DNA of 57,083 nt, the filler included, from Platydemus manokwari (Eukaryota), in assembly GCA_037951405.1 (NCBI GenBank). It is 5 parts of 5 records of this genome, joined end to end, with 100 filler letters (N's around TTAATTAATTAA, not from the genome) between each part and the next. Parts side by side here need not be neighbours in the genome. Positions count along the whole stretch, not along the records: positions 14,994 to 24,191 come from JBBMOY011284317.1; positions 24,292 to 38,091 come from JBBMOY011620294.1; 3 more parts are not named here. One strand, given 5' to 3'. Below are positions 15,061 to 29,359 of this stretch, piece by piece (the stretch's first letter is position 1; every line of letters begins with the position of its first letter). The notes under the pieces are model-generated. The model was not told where the DNA came from, did no database searches, and saw only the letters and a list, made by a program, of their open reading frames with translations. Made by a program: the position numbers and the translations under genes.

Positions 15061-15546
15061 TAAATCTCAACTAAATACAGAATAAGTTTTGCCAAAAATG
15101 AATGAAATATGTTCAGTAAATTTTTCACAATGAAAACAATAATGAAATTCTTCATAAAAATTTCAAAATCAAAGAATTAATTAATATAGTTAGTAATCAA
15201 CAGAGATCTATCGACTGAAATCTCTACTTTGACCCATTAGTCGAGTGAATTTGTTTCAAAGTCGTCTTGAAAAAATGTTCACCAATAAAATAAACGAGAA
15301 AAAATGAAAGCGGATTTAATGTTTTCCATTATTGATTGATTTAAACGATAATGTTTTTGGGGACGAATTGAAATTGTTGAGAGCCTAGTTAATGGTTTTC
15401 GATTAATTATTATTGTTTTGAAGTTATTGTACAATCGAGGGATGCTCATTTATATTTTATAAGTAATATCTTTTGTTTATAAATTGACCAATCAGTATTT
15501 GTTATTTAATTATAAATATACTTACTAGAAATCAAGCTAATAAATG

Positions 15547-15582
<36 letters not shown>

Positions 15583-18398
15583 TTAAATAATAATAAAATA
15601 ATTTTATAATATAATAATATTACCAGAAAAATCATAATTATTATTAATATTAATTTTTATAAATAATAATAATAATAATAACATTATTATTAATATTTAT
15701 TTTTGATATTATTATAATTACTAATATTATATTCATCTCTAATGCTCTTATTTAACGACCGATTTCTGGTAAAAGCTCTCCTAACAAGGCATTCCATCAA
15801 CTGAAATGAAAGCCTTATCACCATCAAAATGTTTAATCGCAGACGTATTCATCAAACGGGAATCGTTTGTCTCATTAATCGTTTATATTAACGCAAACTG
15901 TTCTGGTAATACAGTCAGGCAATCCATTAAAAAAGAGCTGTCTATCATGTGAACCATTTGATTATTTATGGTTTAAGATAATTTATGGCTTCCTTTTTCA
16001 TTCGTTAATGTTTGCCTTTGATTACAAAAAATGATTGGTTTATATTTTTTAATATTTTTCAAGTGGTTTGATCATTGATATTTAAAATTTTCGAAAGATA
16101 AAATTTCATTTGGATAAAATCACCAATTTTCAACCCCAATTGACTCTTGAAGTTCTAATAATTTCTCTTTGTGATTATATCATTTCTCGCAATTTTCATT
16201 CGTGAAAACAAGTTAATCCAACGTGAAATGAAAAATGATCGGGGTTTATTTACAACGACATCATTGGTTTATACTTACACAAGGTCACAGTTTTTAAGCA
16301 ACCTGATTATTTAACAGCTCTCACTGCACAATGATTTGGATTCGTTTTATGTCGTATGGATCAAATTTAGAAACCCTCAGTTGTATTTAGGTAATGAAAT
16401 AAGAAAAATAATAATTTATTGGTTCTTTTAAGATTATTTGATATTATTGTTTGATAATAAATTTGAGGGACTTCAAAAATCTTGTATGATGACGAAACTA
16501 TTGAAAAGGTGACTCAACTTATACCATATTATCGAATTTATTACAACCTACTATTACGTCGATAGACAGACACATTGTTGATAGAATGTTAATCTTGTAG
16601 ATATAATCGTTATTAATTATATCATTTCAAAAATATTATACAATAAAATAAATAAAAACATATTCAAATTAACCGCCTTAATAAGCTGAAATAAACGAAA
16701 CCAATAAATTAAAATTTATCATTTACAATTTTAAAGACAAAAGGCTATATTTTAGGATTTATTTGCAATTAGCCAATAATTTGACTAAGATCACCTTTAA
16801 TCTATTATTTGTAATAATCTAACAGTTTGAATTCAATTATGGAATTGTATTGATTTTCTATCATCTATTTTGTAAATAATTGTATGAAAGGATTCTAATA
16901 AAAATTCTTTTATTGTAATAATCTTTTAACATTGAAATTACTATAATTAAAATCTTAGGGAATATTAAGAAAGTTAAATTCATTTTTTAAGTACATTTTG
17001 TGATGTTTAATGCAATGCTTTAAATTTAAAAGATTTAATAAAAATAGGCATTTATGATTACGATTAATTGTGTCCAACAAATTTCAAGATGAAAGAGAGA
17101 AAATATATTTAATATTATCCCCAAAAATTTAAAATACAGTCCGCATAAAGTCCAAATAATTACAAACACCATATTTTTTTAAATTTAAATTTTATATTTG
17201 AAAATAGCAACAAATCAGTAATAAGTAAATCATTAAAATTACCGAAATGACATGAAAAGTAGAATTGCTTTTAAAATCACCGATGTTCATATAAAACATC
17301 ACTTCAACATAAATCTTGCACCATTTGTACAAAAACTAAAATAATAATAAATCATTGAAGTGGCACCAGCTGTGTGAAATATTGGATTTTGTTTTACTAA
17401 ACCGAATAAAAATTGATTATTTGATCAAGCTGTTCTGGGAGACGCTATTTGGAGATATTCGGAAATCAAACAAAACCATTAAAACAAACAATGACCGTTT
17501 AATCCAGACAGGAAGTATTGTTCTTAATAAATTTCTTTTCACGACACGCAAATTATTGTTGAAATTTGACACCTGACACCGGAACGCTTGCGATGGAAAA
17601 GCAATATGAAAATCAACCTTATTAAATCATTGATAGCCATACCAGTAAAATATTAAACATATTCTAACTGATTTATAATTGTGTTGAATGGCATTCAATT
17701 CATCAAAATGGTAAAGTAGTAGTTTACAGATATCGTTCTGATATAAAATTTCGCACCCTCAAAGATCGAAATTACAATTTGGAAACATCATTATAAAAAC
17801 AGAATTACAGACGGAACAATTTACAGAATATGATTACACCAACATTTGAGAACGCAAATTAAATTGAACTGCAATCTAAAATGAGTTGCGCTATCTATTA
17901 AGAGAAATTAAAATTACTTTTATTCAGAAAAACAATTCGTCTTTTACAAAAATTTTATATTTATTATTGATCATTGAATCAAAACATCTCTCATCAAATC
18001 ATCTCTCATTAACAAGCTAACTGATACAATGTTCTACAAAACTAGGAGTTTGTAAGCTAAATGGAATAGGAAAAATATGAAAACATTCATTTGCTGGTTA
18101 TTTAGACATTTAAATTTATCGCTCGTTGCTAGACAATGAGTTGGGCGCGTTTTTGTTTGAATAAATGAGATTGCAGAGAGAATTTCTAATACGTGAGAAC
18201 ACGATGGCCAAGTGAGAGATCATTAATTAGCATTACATGATGAATTCTAACGCTATTAAAATCTAATGGACGGCTTTACAATTTACAATTATTTTTAGAA
18301 ATGTTTCCATACATAAATTGAAAATTAATTTTATCTTAATTTGATGTACTCATCAGCATGACAAAAGAGATCACCGCATAATTATTTTGTTACCCGTG

Positions 18399-19370
18399 TA
18401 TACAGGTGTTCCATATCGAACCTATCTTTATGTTTAATCTGCAGTAGCCCATTGAATATTTATTTGCTGTATCGTAATAAATTCTACTAGCGTTAAAAAT
18501 TCAAATTCTTTTCGTTATATATTGGTGTGTGCCTTTTTAATTTCAACCCAGCCAAAATGTCAAAGGGCTCTTATTGTTAAGAATTTTTATTAAACTAGAA
18601 AATGCTCAATTTTTTGAAAAATATTACATCACATCTTATCGATCGCATATCAATTCCTTCTTTAATGGAGAAATTTGAATCAACTAGAATTGTTGGCGTA
18701 AAAGCACATGACAAACTAATGATGGTAATTACGATAATAAATTCGATGAAATTGCTCAATACTTTCTTCATATAAAAGGCATCTAATGATCTGAGAATTT
18801 CAAAATCTTCGGTTTATCACATTTCTAACATGAATTTAGGTTTTCAAAGTCATAACATATCTTTGCTTCAAGAGCTTAGTAAGGATGAGTGACAAGTGAG
18901 TTTTTTTTTTAATCGCTCTACTACAACAAGATTATCAACTCACGAATTAAATTATGTGAATTAGCATTGCCAAATTATATCTAAATGGATCATCATAACT
19001 GTCCTTATCGGTCAACTAAAATCAATATTCTCATCATGCTAAATCCATGGGTCAATTCTGTCACTGTTTTAGCTAGTATTTCGATGTAAGGAGTTATTGT
19101 GCCTTATTTTTTCTTTCTTTTAAGTCATAAGCTAGAAGTCGAATATCCTAGCTATTCTTAAACATTGCAAGAACTTAAAAATAGAAATACGACGTACTAC
19201 ATGACGTCCATACATGGTTTATTAGGGAGATATGCTCTCGAGTTGTTGAGAATCGAATTCAATTTTGTATTATTGACAATAATGGACACTGCGGAAATAA
19301 AATTTGAAAAAGATTGATGAGTTCGCTCTGTGATTGCGTGTGAACTGGGAATTTCAATTGAAGTCTAGTG
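18399..19370 (+). mobile_element. Highly decayed Tc1/mariner-type fragments
   Basis: TA-CAGGTGTTCC TIR-like start near 18401; MLSRVVENRIQFCIIDNNGH (about 19232-19290) resembles a mariner-type transposase C-terminus; IACELGIS (about 19333) resembles an HTH. Confidence 0.35.
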
Positions 19371-20048
19371 AAGGAATTTTAAAGGATTGACTAAAATTAT
19401 ATTCCACAGAAATAAAAATAATAATAAAAATAATAATAATTATAGAAAACATAAGCGATGTATAAAATAACTTTTAAGCCTACGAATCCTTTTAAAAAAA
19501 GAAAAGATTTATTATGGAAAATAAAACTTTGAGGTTACATGGAGGTTCGATCAGTCAGTAGATAAAGAGTTTCTTGACCACAAGGCAGCACTCTTAAAAA
19601 GTATCGTGATACGCCAAGCACGAAGTATGATCCGGAAAACTAGAAGGACATTGATCTCAGACTGAATTCTCTTTCGCGATATTAAGCAATATAACGCGAA
19701 TAGATTATTATTATATTATAAATATTTTGCCTCAATAGAAAATTTATTATTATTAAAGTTATTCCAGAAACTCACCAATGCATTTAACAGAATATGATCT
19801 AACCGATCTAAACAATTTGTAAAATCTGCTGTGCCAATATCATCTTAAACCTTTCAATAGATGATATTAATATTTTGCATCTATTACTTATCGCAGTACA
19901 ATCTATAATTGAACATAAAATATATTAAACTTCTAACTCTAGATCTGATTAGCTAATACTTTACAAACGAAAACGGTAGCATGCCGTATTGGTAGAAAAT
20001 ATTGAACAAATTTTCAATCAACATTTACCAGAATTGTTATTATATACT

Positions 20049-21056
20049 ATGTCGATTGATACTTTTTTGAATGTTTACAGAGCGTATTTGGTACCAGTGA
20101 TCTCAATACTAGGCATTACTGGAAATATTCTCGTCATTTTAGTGTTCTCGAAGAAACGGATTTCGAGATTCAACATCTATTCCATAGCATTGCTAATAGC
20201 TCATTCATTAGCACTGTTCATCAATTCGTTTCTCGATGATTTTCTAGGACGAGGATTGTATTATGCAACGTCCAGAAGGGTATTTATAAAAATCGATATT
20301 CAATCTCAGTTTGCATGCGTTATAATGGAATATACGGCCAGTGTTATGTATTTCAGCAGTGGATTTCTGACGGTGATTTTTACAATCGATCGATTTCTCG
20401 TTTTGACGTGGCCATTTAAATTCAAAGGAGACGATAAAGTAAATAAATCGATCGTCATCTGTCTTGTAATATTTGGTTTGGGCTATTTAAGCAGCATACC
20501 ATTGGCATTGAGCTATAAATTGATAAAGAAATTTGATAAATTCACTATCAACAATAAATCATGCAAAATTGATACGTCTGACTCCAATCTAGCATCCGTA
20601 TCACTCTATTATGAATCGTTGGTTGTATTTGTCATACCTACTCTTATTGTTCTGGTAATCAATGCTTGTATCATTTACAAGGTTTTCCAAATCAGTAAAA
20701 CAAGATCAGCAATTGTTGTGGATAAACGGATGAGTCGATTGGAAATGTCGCGTGTCATTGGAATGTTAGCGGTGACTTCATCGTTTCTTCTCTTTACCAT
20801 TCCTCTCTCTGTCACTATCATTGTCAGACTTCAAACAAGTAAATCCAAGTCAGAAAACATTGAAGCATTGGCCAAATTCTTCGATTCATTGAAAGACATC
20901 AGTTATAGTCTCAACTTTATAATTTATTATACATTTCTATCGTATTTTAAACATGATCTGAAAGCAATGTTTACTTCATCACCGATGTATCAGTTTCTAA
21001 GTTCGGTCAAAAGTCCGGAACCAGACACTGCTGTTCAAGAATTTCAACTGACTTAA
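20049..21056 (+). CDS. Orphan rhodopsin-family (class A) GPCR, intronless, 335 aa
   Basis: Seven hydrophobic segments; TM1 GITGNIL, TM3 Cys and IDRF, TM5 FVIP, TM7 SLNFIIY. First in-frame ATG is at 20049 (the ORF track starts at a TTG). Confidence 0.92.
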   Translation: MSIDTFLNVYRAYLVPVISILGITGNILVILVFSKKRISRFNIYSIALLIAHSLALFINSFLDDFLGRGLYYATSRRVFIKIDIQSQFACVIMEYTASVMYFSSGFLTVIFTIDRFLVLTWPFKFKGDDKVNKSIVICLVIFGLGYLSSIPLALSYKLIKKFDKFTINNKSCKIDTSDSNLASVSLYYESLVVFVIPTLIVLVINACIIYKVFQISKTRSAIVVDKRMSRLEMSRVIGMLAVTSSFLLFTIPLSVTIIVRLQTSKSKSENIEALAKFFDSLKDISYSLNFIIYYTFLSYFKHDLKAMFTSSPMYQFLSSVKSPEPDTAVQEFQLT

Positions 21057-24000
21057 TAACAGAGATTGTGTTTCCTCTAATGATTCGTTGTTGACTTCTT
21101 TTTTGAATACTTTTAGTTTGTATATTGATAATATAACGATTGTTAAATCAATTTGATTTTGTAAATATATCGCTCGAGATGAAGTTATTTAAACCTTTTC
21201 AGATATTATCTTTTTAATTAATATTATAAAAAATCATGTTGGATTTCGGAACTATGTGAACTTGAAATTAACAGATGTGTAAATTCTTTCATATTTAGCC
21301 ATGTTGTTCGATTTTTTATTTCAAGAGTGTTTTAAAGATAAAAATTTGTATTCCAATAATGGTTTAAGTAAGTAATAGAGATACTAATATAAATTTTTTA
21401 AATTAATGAGTATTATATTCATTAGAAACATGTTGAATTTGTGATTTAATTATTCGAAAATAATTTTCGCAGTTTGAAATCATATATTAAAAGAATTAGA
21501 GCTATAAAAATCGTTTTAAAAAAGTCTAATTACCATTAAATGAAACCTATCAAGGTCCTTTTCTTTTAACTTTCGAATTAAATGAAGATATAATTTAAAG
21601 TTTTACATTTATTTTATGAGAACAATTCAACATTTGATTTTTAAACACGCTACGATTTTGTTAAGTCGATACACAAATCGGAAGCCTCGTAATTGTGGAA
21701 ATCATAAAAGGATTTCTTGTAATTGCAAAAAACCATATAAATACCAATACCACAAATGTAAGAAATGTTGTGATTAGAATAAGAACTTGGTTTCACTAAT
21801 TGTATTGACTCTATAGAATATTCTCAATATTTTATGTCAAATGAACTCCACGTATAAATGAATCTCCACAAAATAGTTAGAAATTTTATCAAAATAAAAG
21901 TACAGATTTTAAATAATTTATTAGAATACAAGATGTGTCGATATCATAATTGCTTATTATTTCCAGTCCAATAATTACAAAATAAAGACAAAACTAGCAT
22001 TTGATGCATTACTTAATATTTAATTGAAAAGAGATAAATGTGGAGTAATTGTTTTTTATATTATATTGAATGTTTTACAGCCACTTTTGATACTTTGGTT
22101 ATAATCTGAAATTGTTAACTTTTAAAAGTACTTCATCAATTCACGAAACTGATTCATGCACTACCATTACAAAGAAGAAAAATTAAAACTTTTATAAAAT
22201 AAAAATATATTTATAGAATTAATTATAAAATTCATAACGAAATTATGTCAACGAACTACTTTTCTTAATTTAAGACCAAATATTTCACGCGGTTTAAATA
22301 AACAGATCAAATAAAGCGCCACAGGATTTCAATTATTAAAATCTAATTTTGAACCAATTAAATATCATTTATTCAAGTTGGACTGATTTCATTCTGCATG
22401 ATTGAATCCACATACTCACACTTAACTCATGTGATACTAAATCGATAACATTTACTAATTTTACAATGGTTTAACCGGTTTGCTTCATTCCTACCGTCAC
22501 CGTTTACTATTATTGTATTAAATGCATTTGAACTGATATATTGTGAATTTACTAATATTACATGATAAATACTTTTCTTTGTTCAGGTTTCAGACACACC
22601 AATTCAATGAAATTTTATAAAATCAAATAACTTCACTGTGATTGGCTCTACTTGATTCATTATTATTCTAAACTTGATTGATTGTTACTAAAAATAAATA
22701 TTGTGCTCAGCATCGCATATGTTGTTCATCAAATTAATTTTAATACAATTTCTAGTTCTGGTAAAAGTTTATTTTTCATCAGCCACACAAAGTATTCTAA
22801 TTTATAGTTGTAATAATTTACCATTCTCCAATTTTATATAATAACATTATCGTGTTATTATTATTATTTATTATAATTACTTTTTTAATTTTTGATTTGT
22901 GATTTTGTTTTATAAATATTCCTAGCTCCGTCGTGTATTTTAATTTAGTTGTATAAGATTTTAGAAAATAGTAAAAATGATGTTGATTGAGCTTCAATTA
23001 CAAGCCGGTAAAAATATGAATTCTTAAAATATTAACACGATAAGAATGTTAGACAACAAAGGAAAAGCAGAATGTAATCAATAATCATCATAATACTAGT
23101 CCTAATTTGATTCACTAGCACTCCATAGTTTTTTTTTCTTTTGATTCGAATCGAAGAGTTAATCGTGTATTATTCTTTTACTAGAAAGAAATCGTGAGCC
23201 ATAAGCTTTGTGATAACAGAATGATAAAGGATTATTATTATTATTATTATTATCATAATCACGACTATTTTGGAAGTGTTTAGGTCTATTCAATTCAAAT
23301 ATTCACACACAGTTAGAATTGGCATAAAACTGGGTCAGTTAACACATAGATATTTATAAAATCTGATAATTAAATTGAATTGTTGAAAATTTGACTGTTT
23401 TGCAGTTGCTAAGCTTGTTTGTCTGTGATTGTGGAAGAGATTGAAATATAAGTATATGAAGAGCTTGAGAGATTTTCTGTGTATAAATTGAAGGTTAATT
23501 TAAAGGATAGCTACTGAACTCAACACTTGAGTTTAAATATCAAAGCATGACCAATCATACCAGCATTCAACAGACCCATAGGTCCCGTTTCTTTAAGCGT
23601 TTTAAACCAATTTTCATACTCATAATCTTTGTTTGTAATTTTAATTAAATTTCTAGACAAATAAAATACTTAAAAAAATATTTTATAATCTACAGGCAGA
23701 GTTGAGACTTCATTTATTTTTAATTAATAAAACAATTAACGACTTAATCATGTTTTAGTCATTTGAAAGCAATATGATAAGCTGATTCATTCATAGAGTA
23801 ATTGATTATTGGGGCCGATTTCGGTTCTACTGGTTTCTATTTGTTTTCAAGCCATAAAGCTATATCGGACTCATTTAGCATTGAAATTCGACGAGTCCGC
23901 AATGATGAAATTAAACAATTTCAGATACAAGAAATATTGATTGAGATATCGATTTAGTCATTTGACTATTTTACAATCATATCGTTTCTTTGAAAGATTT

Positions 24001-24125
24001 CATAAAAGGCCAAAATCTATCATTTGATGATGAGATCTCATAGCTCAATGATCACAAATATAGTGCAAATATCTGGAACAAATCAACAAATCACTACTAG
24101 TATTTGTGAGTGATATATCGATATA

Positions 24126-24363
24126 CCAGGTTGAGTCAAAAGTTATTCATGTTTTTATGCAGGTATTTTATTAACACAAATTGTTATAACGNNNNNNNNN
24201 NNNNNNNNNNNNNNNNNNNNNNNNNNNNNNNNNNNTTAATTAATTAANNNNNNNNNNNNNNNNNNNNNNNNNNNNNNNNNNNNNNNNNNNNATGTTTAAA
24301 TGATTTGGTAAAACAAAAACTTTAAACAACTAAAAAACATGAATAACTTTTGACTCAGCCTAA
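24126..24363. mobile_element. Mariner-like element with its interior lost in an assembly gap
   Basis: About 30-bp TIRs (CCAGGTTGAGTCAAAAGTTATTCATGTTTTT / AAAAACATGAATAACTTTTGACTCAGCCTAA), each flanked by TA. Confidence 0.8.
24192..24291. other. Assembly gap with TTAATTAATTAA linker
   Basis: 44 N + linker + 44 N. Confidence 0.98.
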
Positions 24364-25350
24364 TATTAGAGGAATTGAAAGATCTGACATTTTATATTTG
24401 TCTAGTAGCATTTATAGTATTTATAGTATTTTTAAAACATTTTTTAAATATTTAATTTTATAATATATATTTTTATAATTTAATCCAGATTATTAAGCTA
24501 TGACTAAACTTTCTTTCTATAACATTCAGAGGTATAATATAAATATATAAAATATAATTAATAAATATACTCAATATAAAAATATTATTTTCTTTTTAAT
24601 CATTCAATTAGATTGTAATATGTAATTATTTATGTCTAACGAAGTTATGGATTTCAAAATTTCAGCTCTCATTTGATAAGTCAACTCTTAAGATTTCACT
24701 TTACCAACACCATAATCTCTAAATACTTTAACAACATTGATTTAACAACATTGATTTATAAGAAAATGAATATATATTTCCATAAAATTATATCACCATT
24801 TTCTAAACAACACTCAGATTTGATTTAAAATCATAAAATCATAACTGTAAAATACAATTTTATTTTATTCTCTATTTTATTATTTAACACAATATTTAAT
24901 AACATATTTTGCTGATAAAGAAAAAGAAGTAAAATATGAAAAGGATAATAATAAGCTAGAATTTATGTATTTTAAGTGCAAATAATGCACTTATAATTAT
25001 ATTAATTATTAATGTTTAATAATAAAAGTATACTTAAATATTTAAAAAGAGAATTTGAAAATATGTTAGAATTTTTCATGTTTTGGGAAAGTAATATATT
25101 CAAAGAAGATGGATTGTATTACGTTATAATTGACAAAAGATTTAATTTAAATTTAAGTAATTGGCAGGTTTATTTAAACGATTTAAATAATAAAATTCCA
25201 AATGAAGTAAATGATATGATTTTATAATAAAATATTTTATTATAAATTATATTTTTATATAATTGAATATAATATTTTTATGACAAAACGAAAACTGAAA
25301 TGTAAACTAACAATATTTATTATAACAAACATTAGAGATAATATTTTCTT

Positions 25351-26718
25351 TCATTGAGTTTCTCGGAACTTCTTAGAACAATATCCTAATAACATTATCA
25401 AACCACTTCCAAATATCAAAGATCCACTAGTGATAAATGCAAAATTAAAAGTTTTTGTCATATCATAAATGAAACCTGATAATGGCGAACACATAAGGAG
25501 TCCAATCGCTTGAATCAAAGATGTCATTGCAAGACCTCGACTGAAATCATTCATTCCGACAATTTTCAATAATATAACTGGAGTGAGAGTTGTATATGAT
25601 CCAATGAATAATCCAAACCCTATTGTATAAACCAACATTAAAGGATAAATAAAAGCTACAGAACTGAACAATAGGAAACCACCAGCTACTATCAAAGATG
25701 TACAGTATAAAATGTAGGTTTTGATACATTTTTTTGATCCCATATATCCAAATGTCAATCTTCCAACTATGTTTCCTAATCCTATTGCAAGCATTAACAA
25801 GCCAGCTTTGGATTCTTCGATTCCCGAATTCATAGCTCTTACTTTAACAAATATATATGTTGTATCATGTCCTAAACTGGTGAGAAAATTTCCAATCAGG
25901 AATATCAAAACAATTGGATTTCTCAAAAGAGATAGCAATCCATTATTTTTACAACTGTCAAGATGTTTTTTCTCTTGATTTTCATTGGCATTATTTTCAA
26001 TATCAACATTTTCTTTCCTGTCCTGATGAGTGGTTTTTGTATTACTTTGTTTCTCATTAGATATCGGTTTGAAAACTAAACCAATTAGTGCACAACCAAC
26101 AAATAATGATCCATAAATGAGCGTTGAAAATCTCCATCCATACCAATTGATGAGCTTTCCAAATATTGGAGTAATTACAAATGATGCTAATCCAGTGCCA
26201 CTTGTAAATATACCAAGAACCATCGATAGTCGTTTATCAAAATATGTTGTCAAAACAACAGTTGTCCTCATCATTACTATTCCCATTCCAGCACCATTCA
26301 AAATAGAAGATAGAAATAGAAACCACAATGGTGAATAGAAATACGGTGCTGCAAATGAAATACCAGCAAAAATTGATCCGATAATCACAATCACTCTATT
26401 ACTGAGCTTCGTTGATAAGAGAACAGCGATTGGAGCAGATGCCAAAGTCATTGCTGACTTCAGTGAAGCCAACCAACTTATTGTACTCTGTGATGTTTGG
26501 TATTCTGAAACTAAAGGATTCAAAAATAATCCGTAAGTGACAATTAATCCACCACATACAATTCTGATAGCCAAAGCAGCAATCAGCACAACCCAACCCC
26601 ATCCACCATCAGGAATGTTTGATTCTTCTACTTTGTTTCCAATATCAATGACTGTCGATATTGGTTGATTAGTTGGTGAATGTTCAATATTGTTTTCGAC
26701 TTTAATATTTACCATCAT
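25351..26718 (-). CDS. SLC16 / monocarboxylate transporter family MFS protein, intronless, 455 aa
   Basis: Signature PDGGWGWVV before TM1; YFDKRLSMVLGIFTSGTG; YGWR; 6+6 TM layout with a central hydrophilic loop; first ATG at 26718. Confidence 0.95.
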   Translation of the reverse strand: MMVNIKVENNIEHSPTNQPISTVIDIGNKVEESNIPDGGWGWVVLIAALAIRIVCGGLIVTYGLFLNPLVSEYQTSQSTISWLASLKSAMTLASAPIAVLLSTKLSNRVIVIIGSIFAGISFAAPYFYSPLWFLFLSSILNGAGMGIVMMRTTVVLTTYFDKRLSMVLGIFTSGTGLASFVITPIFGKLINWYGWRFSTLIYGSLFVGCALIGLVFKPISNEKQSNTKTTHQDRKENVDIENNANENQEKKHLDSCKNNGLLSLLRNPIVLIFLIGNFLTSLGHDTTYIFVKVRAMNSGIEESKAGLLMLAIGLGNIVGRLTFGYMGSKKCIKTYILYCTSLIVAGGFLLFSSVAFIYPLMLVYTIGFGLFIGSYTTLTPVILLKIVGMNDFSRGLAMTSLIQAIGLLMCSPLSGFIYDMTKTFNFAFITSGSLIFGSGLIMLLGYCSKKFRETQ

Positions 26719-27549
26719 TAAATTCAACTTAATTTATAAGGTTTGATATTATTTAAATAAAGGATTATTTATAATAAAAATTATTTAACATATATTCTAT
26801 TGGTCAATAATATAAATAAAACATAACAATAATCATCATTATTATTAATTTTATCTAATAAAAGTTATTTAACTACAAAAATATCAAATTTATTTCAAAT
26901 GTTCTCTTTTAATTAAATAAAATGAATGTTATGATTATTGGAAAGAAAATAGAAATTATTGAGGTAATAATTTATTCCATTGCATTTAAATTTACGAAGG
27001 CAATATATTGAATGATAAAGAAAGGCATTATTCATGATGTGTAAGAAAAAATTATAGAAAATAAATATAACCAGAATTTCAATTATGAAAATGAAAGAAA
27101 CAAAAGTACTGTTTTCCCATAACTAGGTCGAATATTTTTCGTTAATAAATATTAACGAATCGAGAAATTTTTTAACATTTCTCTGTAATGGAAAGTTTAT
27201 TTACATTTAGGAAGTTGCTGTCAATATGTGATGTATTTGACAAAATCGATATGAAATATATGTGGAAATAATAGAAACAACCTTTAAATAATGGATTCAC
27301 AGCAACGATTTACTCGTGTGGCAGTTTTCAATCATTGGAGCAGAACCAAATAACTTTCAAAATTTTTGTTCAACAAATTTATAATAGGAAATTTAATGAT
27401 ACGATATATAATATAGATTAGTATTTAACATGAATGGATTTTACTCAAGGGACATTCAGTAAAATACTGGGCATATATGAAATATTGTTCTTGTACACTT
27501 GTTCTTCAATTATGTACTGAATTGTCTTGCAAAATAACGTGTCTTCGTA

Positions 27550-27748
27550 TAACTGTGGCAGTGAAATTTTGCCAGCGAGAATAATGGCAGTGTTAATTGT
27601 GACTGCTACATAACATAGGTAGCAGTGAATTACTTGTAGATATACTCTGCGATTAAATCTAATGCAAGTGAATTTATTATTGTATCGATAGATTTTATTC
27701 ATTGGTGAGTGAAATTCTCTCTGAATAAATTTATTTCACAGAGAAAAT
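27550..27748 (-). repeat. Inverted fragment of LTR-like family A
   Basis: Reverse complement carries TTTTCTCTGTGA(.)AATAAATT and CACTGCCACA blocks also seen at about 7327-7412. Confidence 0.5.
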
Positions 27749-29359
27749 ATCAATCGATTAAACTTAATCGAGTGATTATTTTATTATGTGATTGAATTTA
27801 CATACGCGAAAATAGTTAATTTATCGCTGTTATTGCTCGATATCTTATTGCGTATTAATATTTTATAGATTAATTCATTATTTTAAGGAATTTTTGACGG
27901 AATTTCTCTAGATAGGTTAAACTAATATTATTATTTTACGCATATATAAATAATTATTATTATAAATATCAGTATATCAAATTGGTTTTTGCATAAAAAT
28001 TCCCAGAGTTGTCAAAATATAAAAGTACATTGTATTGCGTTTGTTGTTTAATCCTCCATTCTAGTTTTATGCTTGATCAAATTCATTTATACTGTCTTCA
28101 TTTCTTTCGTTGGTTTCACAATTAATCAAGTTTATTATGAACTGTTCTTCATATTCCATTCTTATTCCACAAAGTTCTCTTTGGTATATGATCACCTCTA
28201 TTGTATTTATCTCGTTTTGATTTAATGTCTTTTAATATTTGGTCTTCTTTCATCAATTTATGTTTGTAATAAAGTGCGATAATTGTTGATTTCCACTCTT
28301 TTATGAACAAGTTGCTCTGCTATTTCCCTTATTAATTTTTTCGTTCTCCATTTATATGGTATTTTTTCAACTACTTTCTAACTATGTTTTATTATAACCT
28401 GATTTTGCATTATAATATCAATTAGAAATTTTATTAACATTTACAACAATATATAATATAATTTTATTGATTTTTTTTAATAGAAAATAATACATGTCTT
28501 TCATTGTTAAATACAACCCATCGTTTACAATATTTTTAATTTATATAAAGAACCAAGCAGTTTCAACCATTTAAACTCAAAGCTAAAATTACACTTTTAG
28601 ATTACAAGAATAATTTCACAATATCTCTGATTTTATACAAGGTATTGAGGTTCCCCATAACCAGTAAAACATTTAATAGATTATATGAATTCGAAATTAG
28701 AATAATATTAATGCTAAAATAACAAATTCACTCGCAATCCAGTGGATCAACCTAAATTAATTGTCGCACATAGCCACAATAAACAAACACGCTAGTAGCT
28801 AATTATAGACATTCAAATTGAATTTCAACTGTCAATTGGTACACACTAACAGTAAGTCGAGATACACAAAAAATCTGAGAAATAGAAAAGAAACTTGTCA
28901 ATATTCTGGTCTTCAGACGGTTCTAACGAATGAAGTGCAAAGGACACAGAGCAACAAATAGATGCACACAACAAATCTGTAAAATCACTTGGCTCTCGAT
29001 GCAAAAAAATTAATTTTACACTGTTATCTAATTCGAACATACTTTCAAAGTAAAACGGATCAAAAATATTGAGAAATTATCGGAGAGGAAATTTGAACTA
29101 TCTAGTCGGATTTTCCAGAAAAATGTTTAACATGTAATAAATATAAAATAATTTGTTAAGCCCCACATTCATTAAAAATAATTTATAAATCAAATATTTG
29201 CATATCAAATCAGAACACTCATATATAATAATCATTCCATTTCCAGTAATATCGAATAAATATGAAAAAATGTAGAAATTACAAATAGAAAAAAATATTT
29301 TTAAAAAGTCCACGAGTTCATATTGTCGGAATCAAGATTTAAAAAAAACAAATGAAGAT

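Noticed and set aside
25547-26602. Small ORFs overlapping the SLC16 gene
   Set aside because: Antisense or alternate-frame shadows with no motifs
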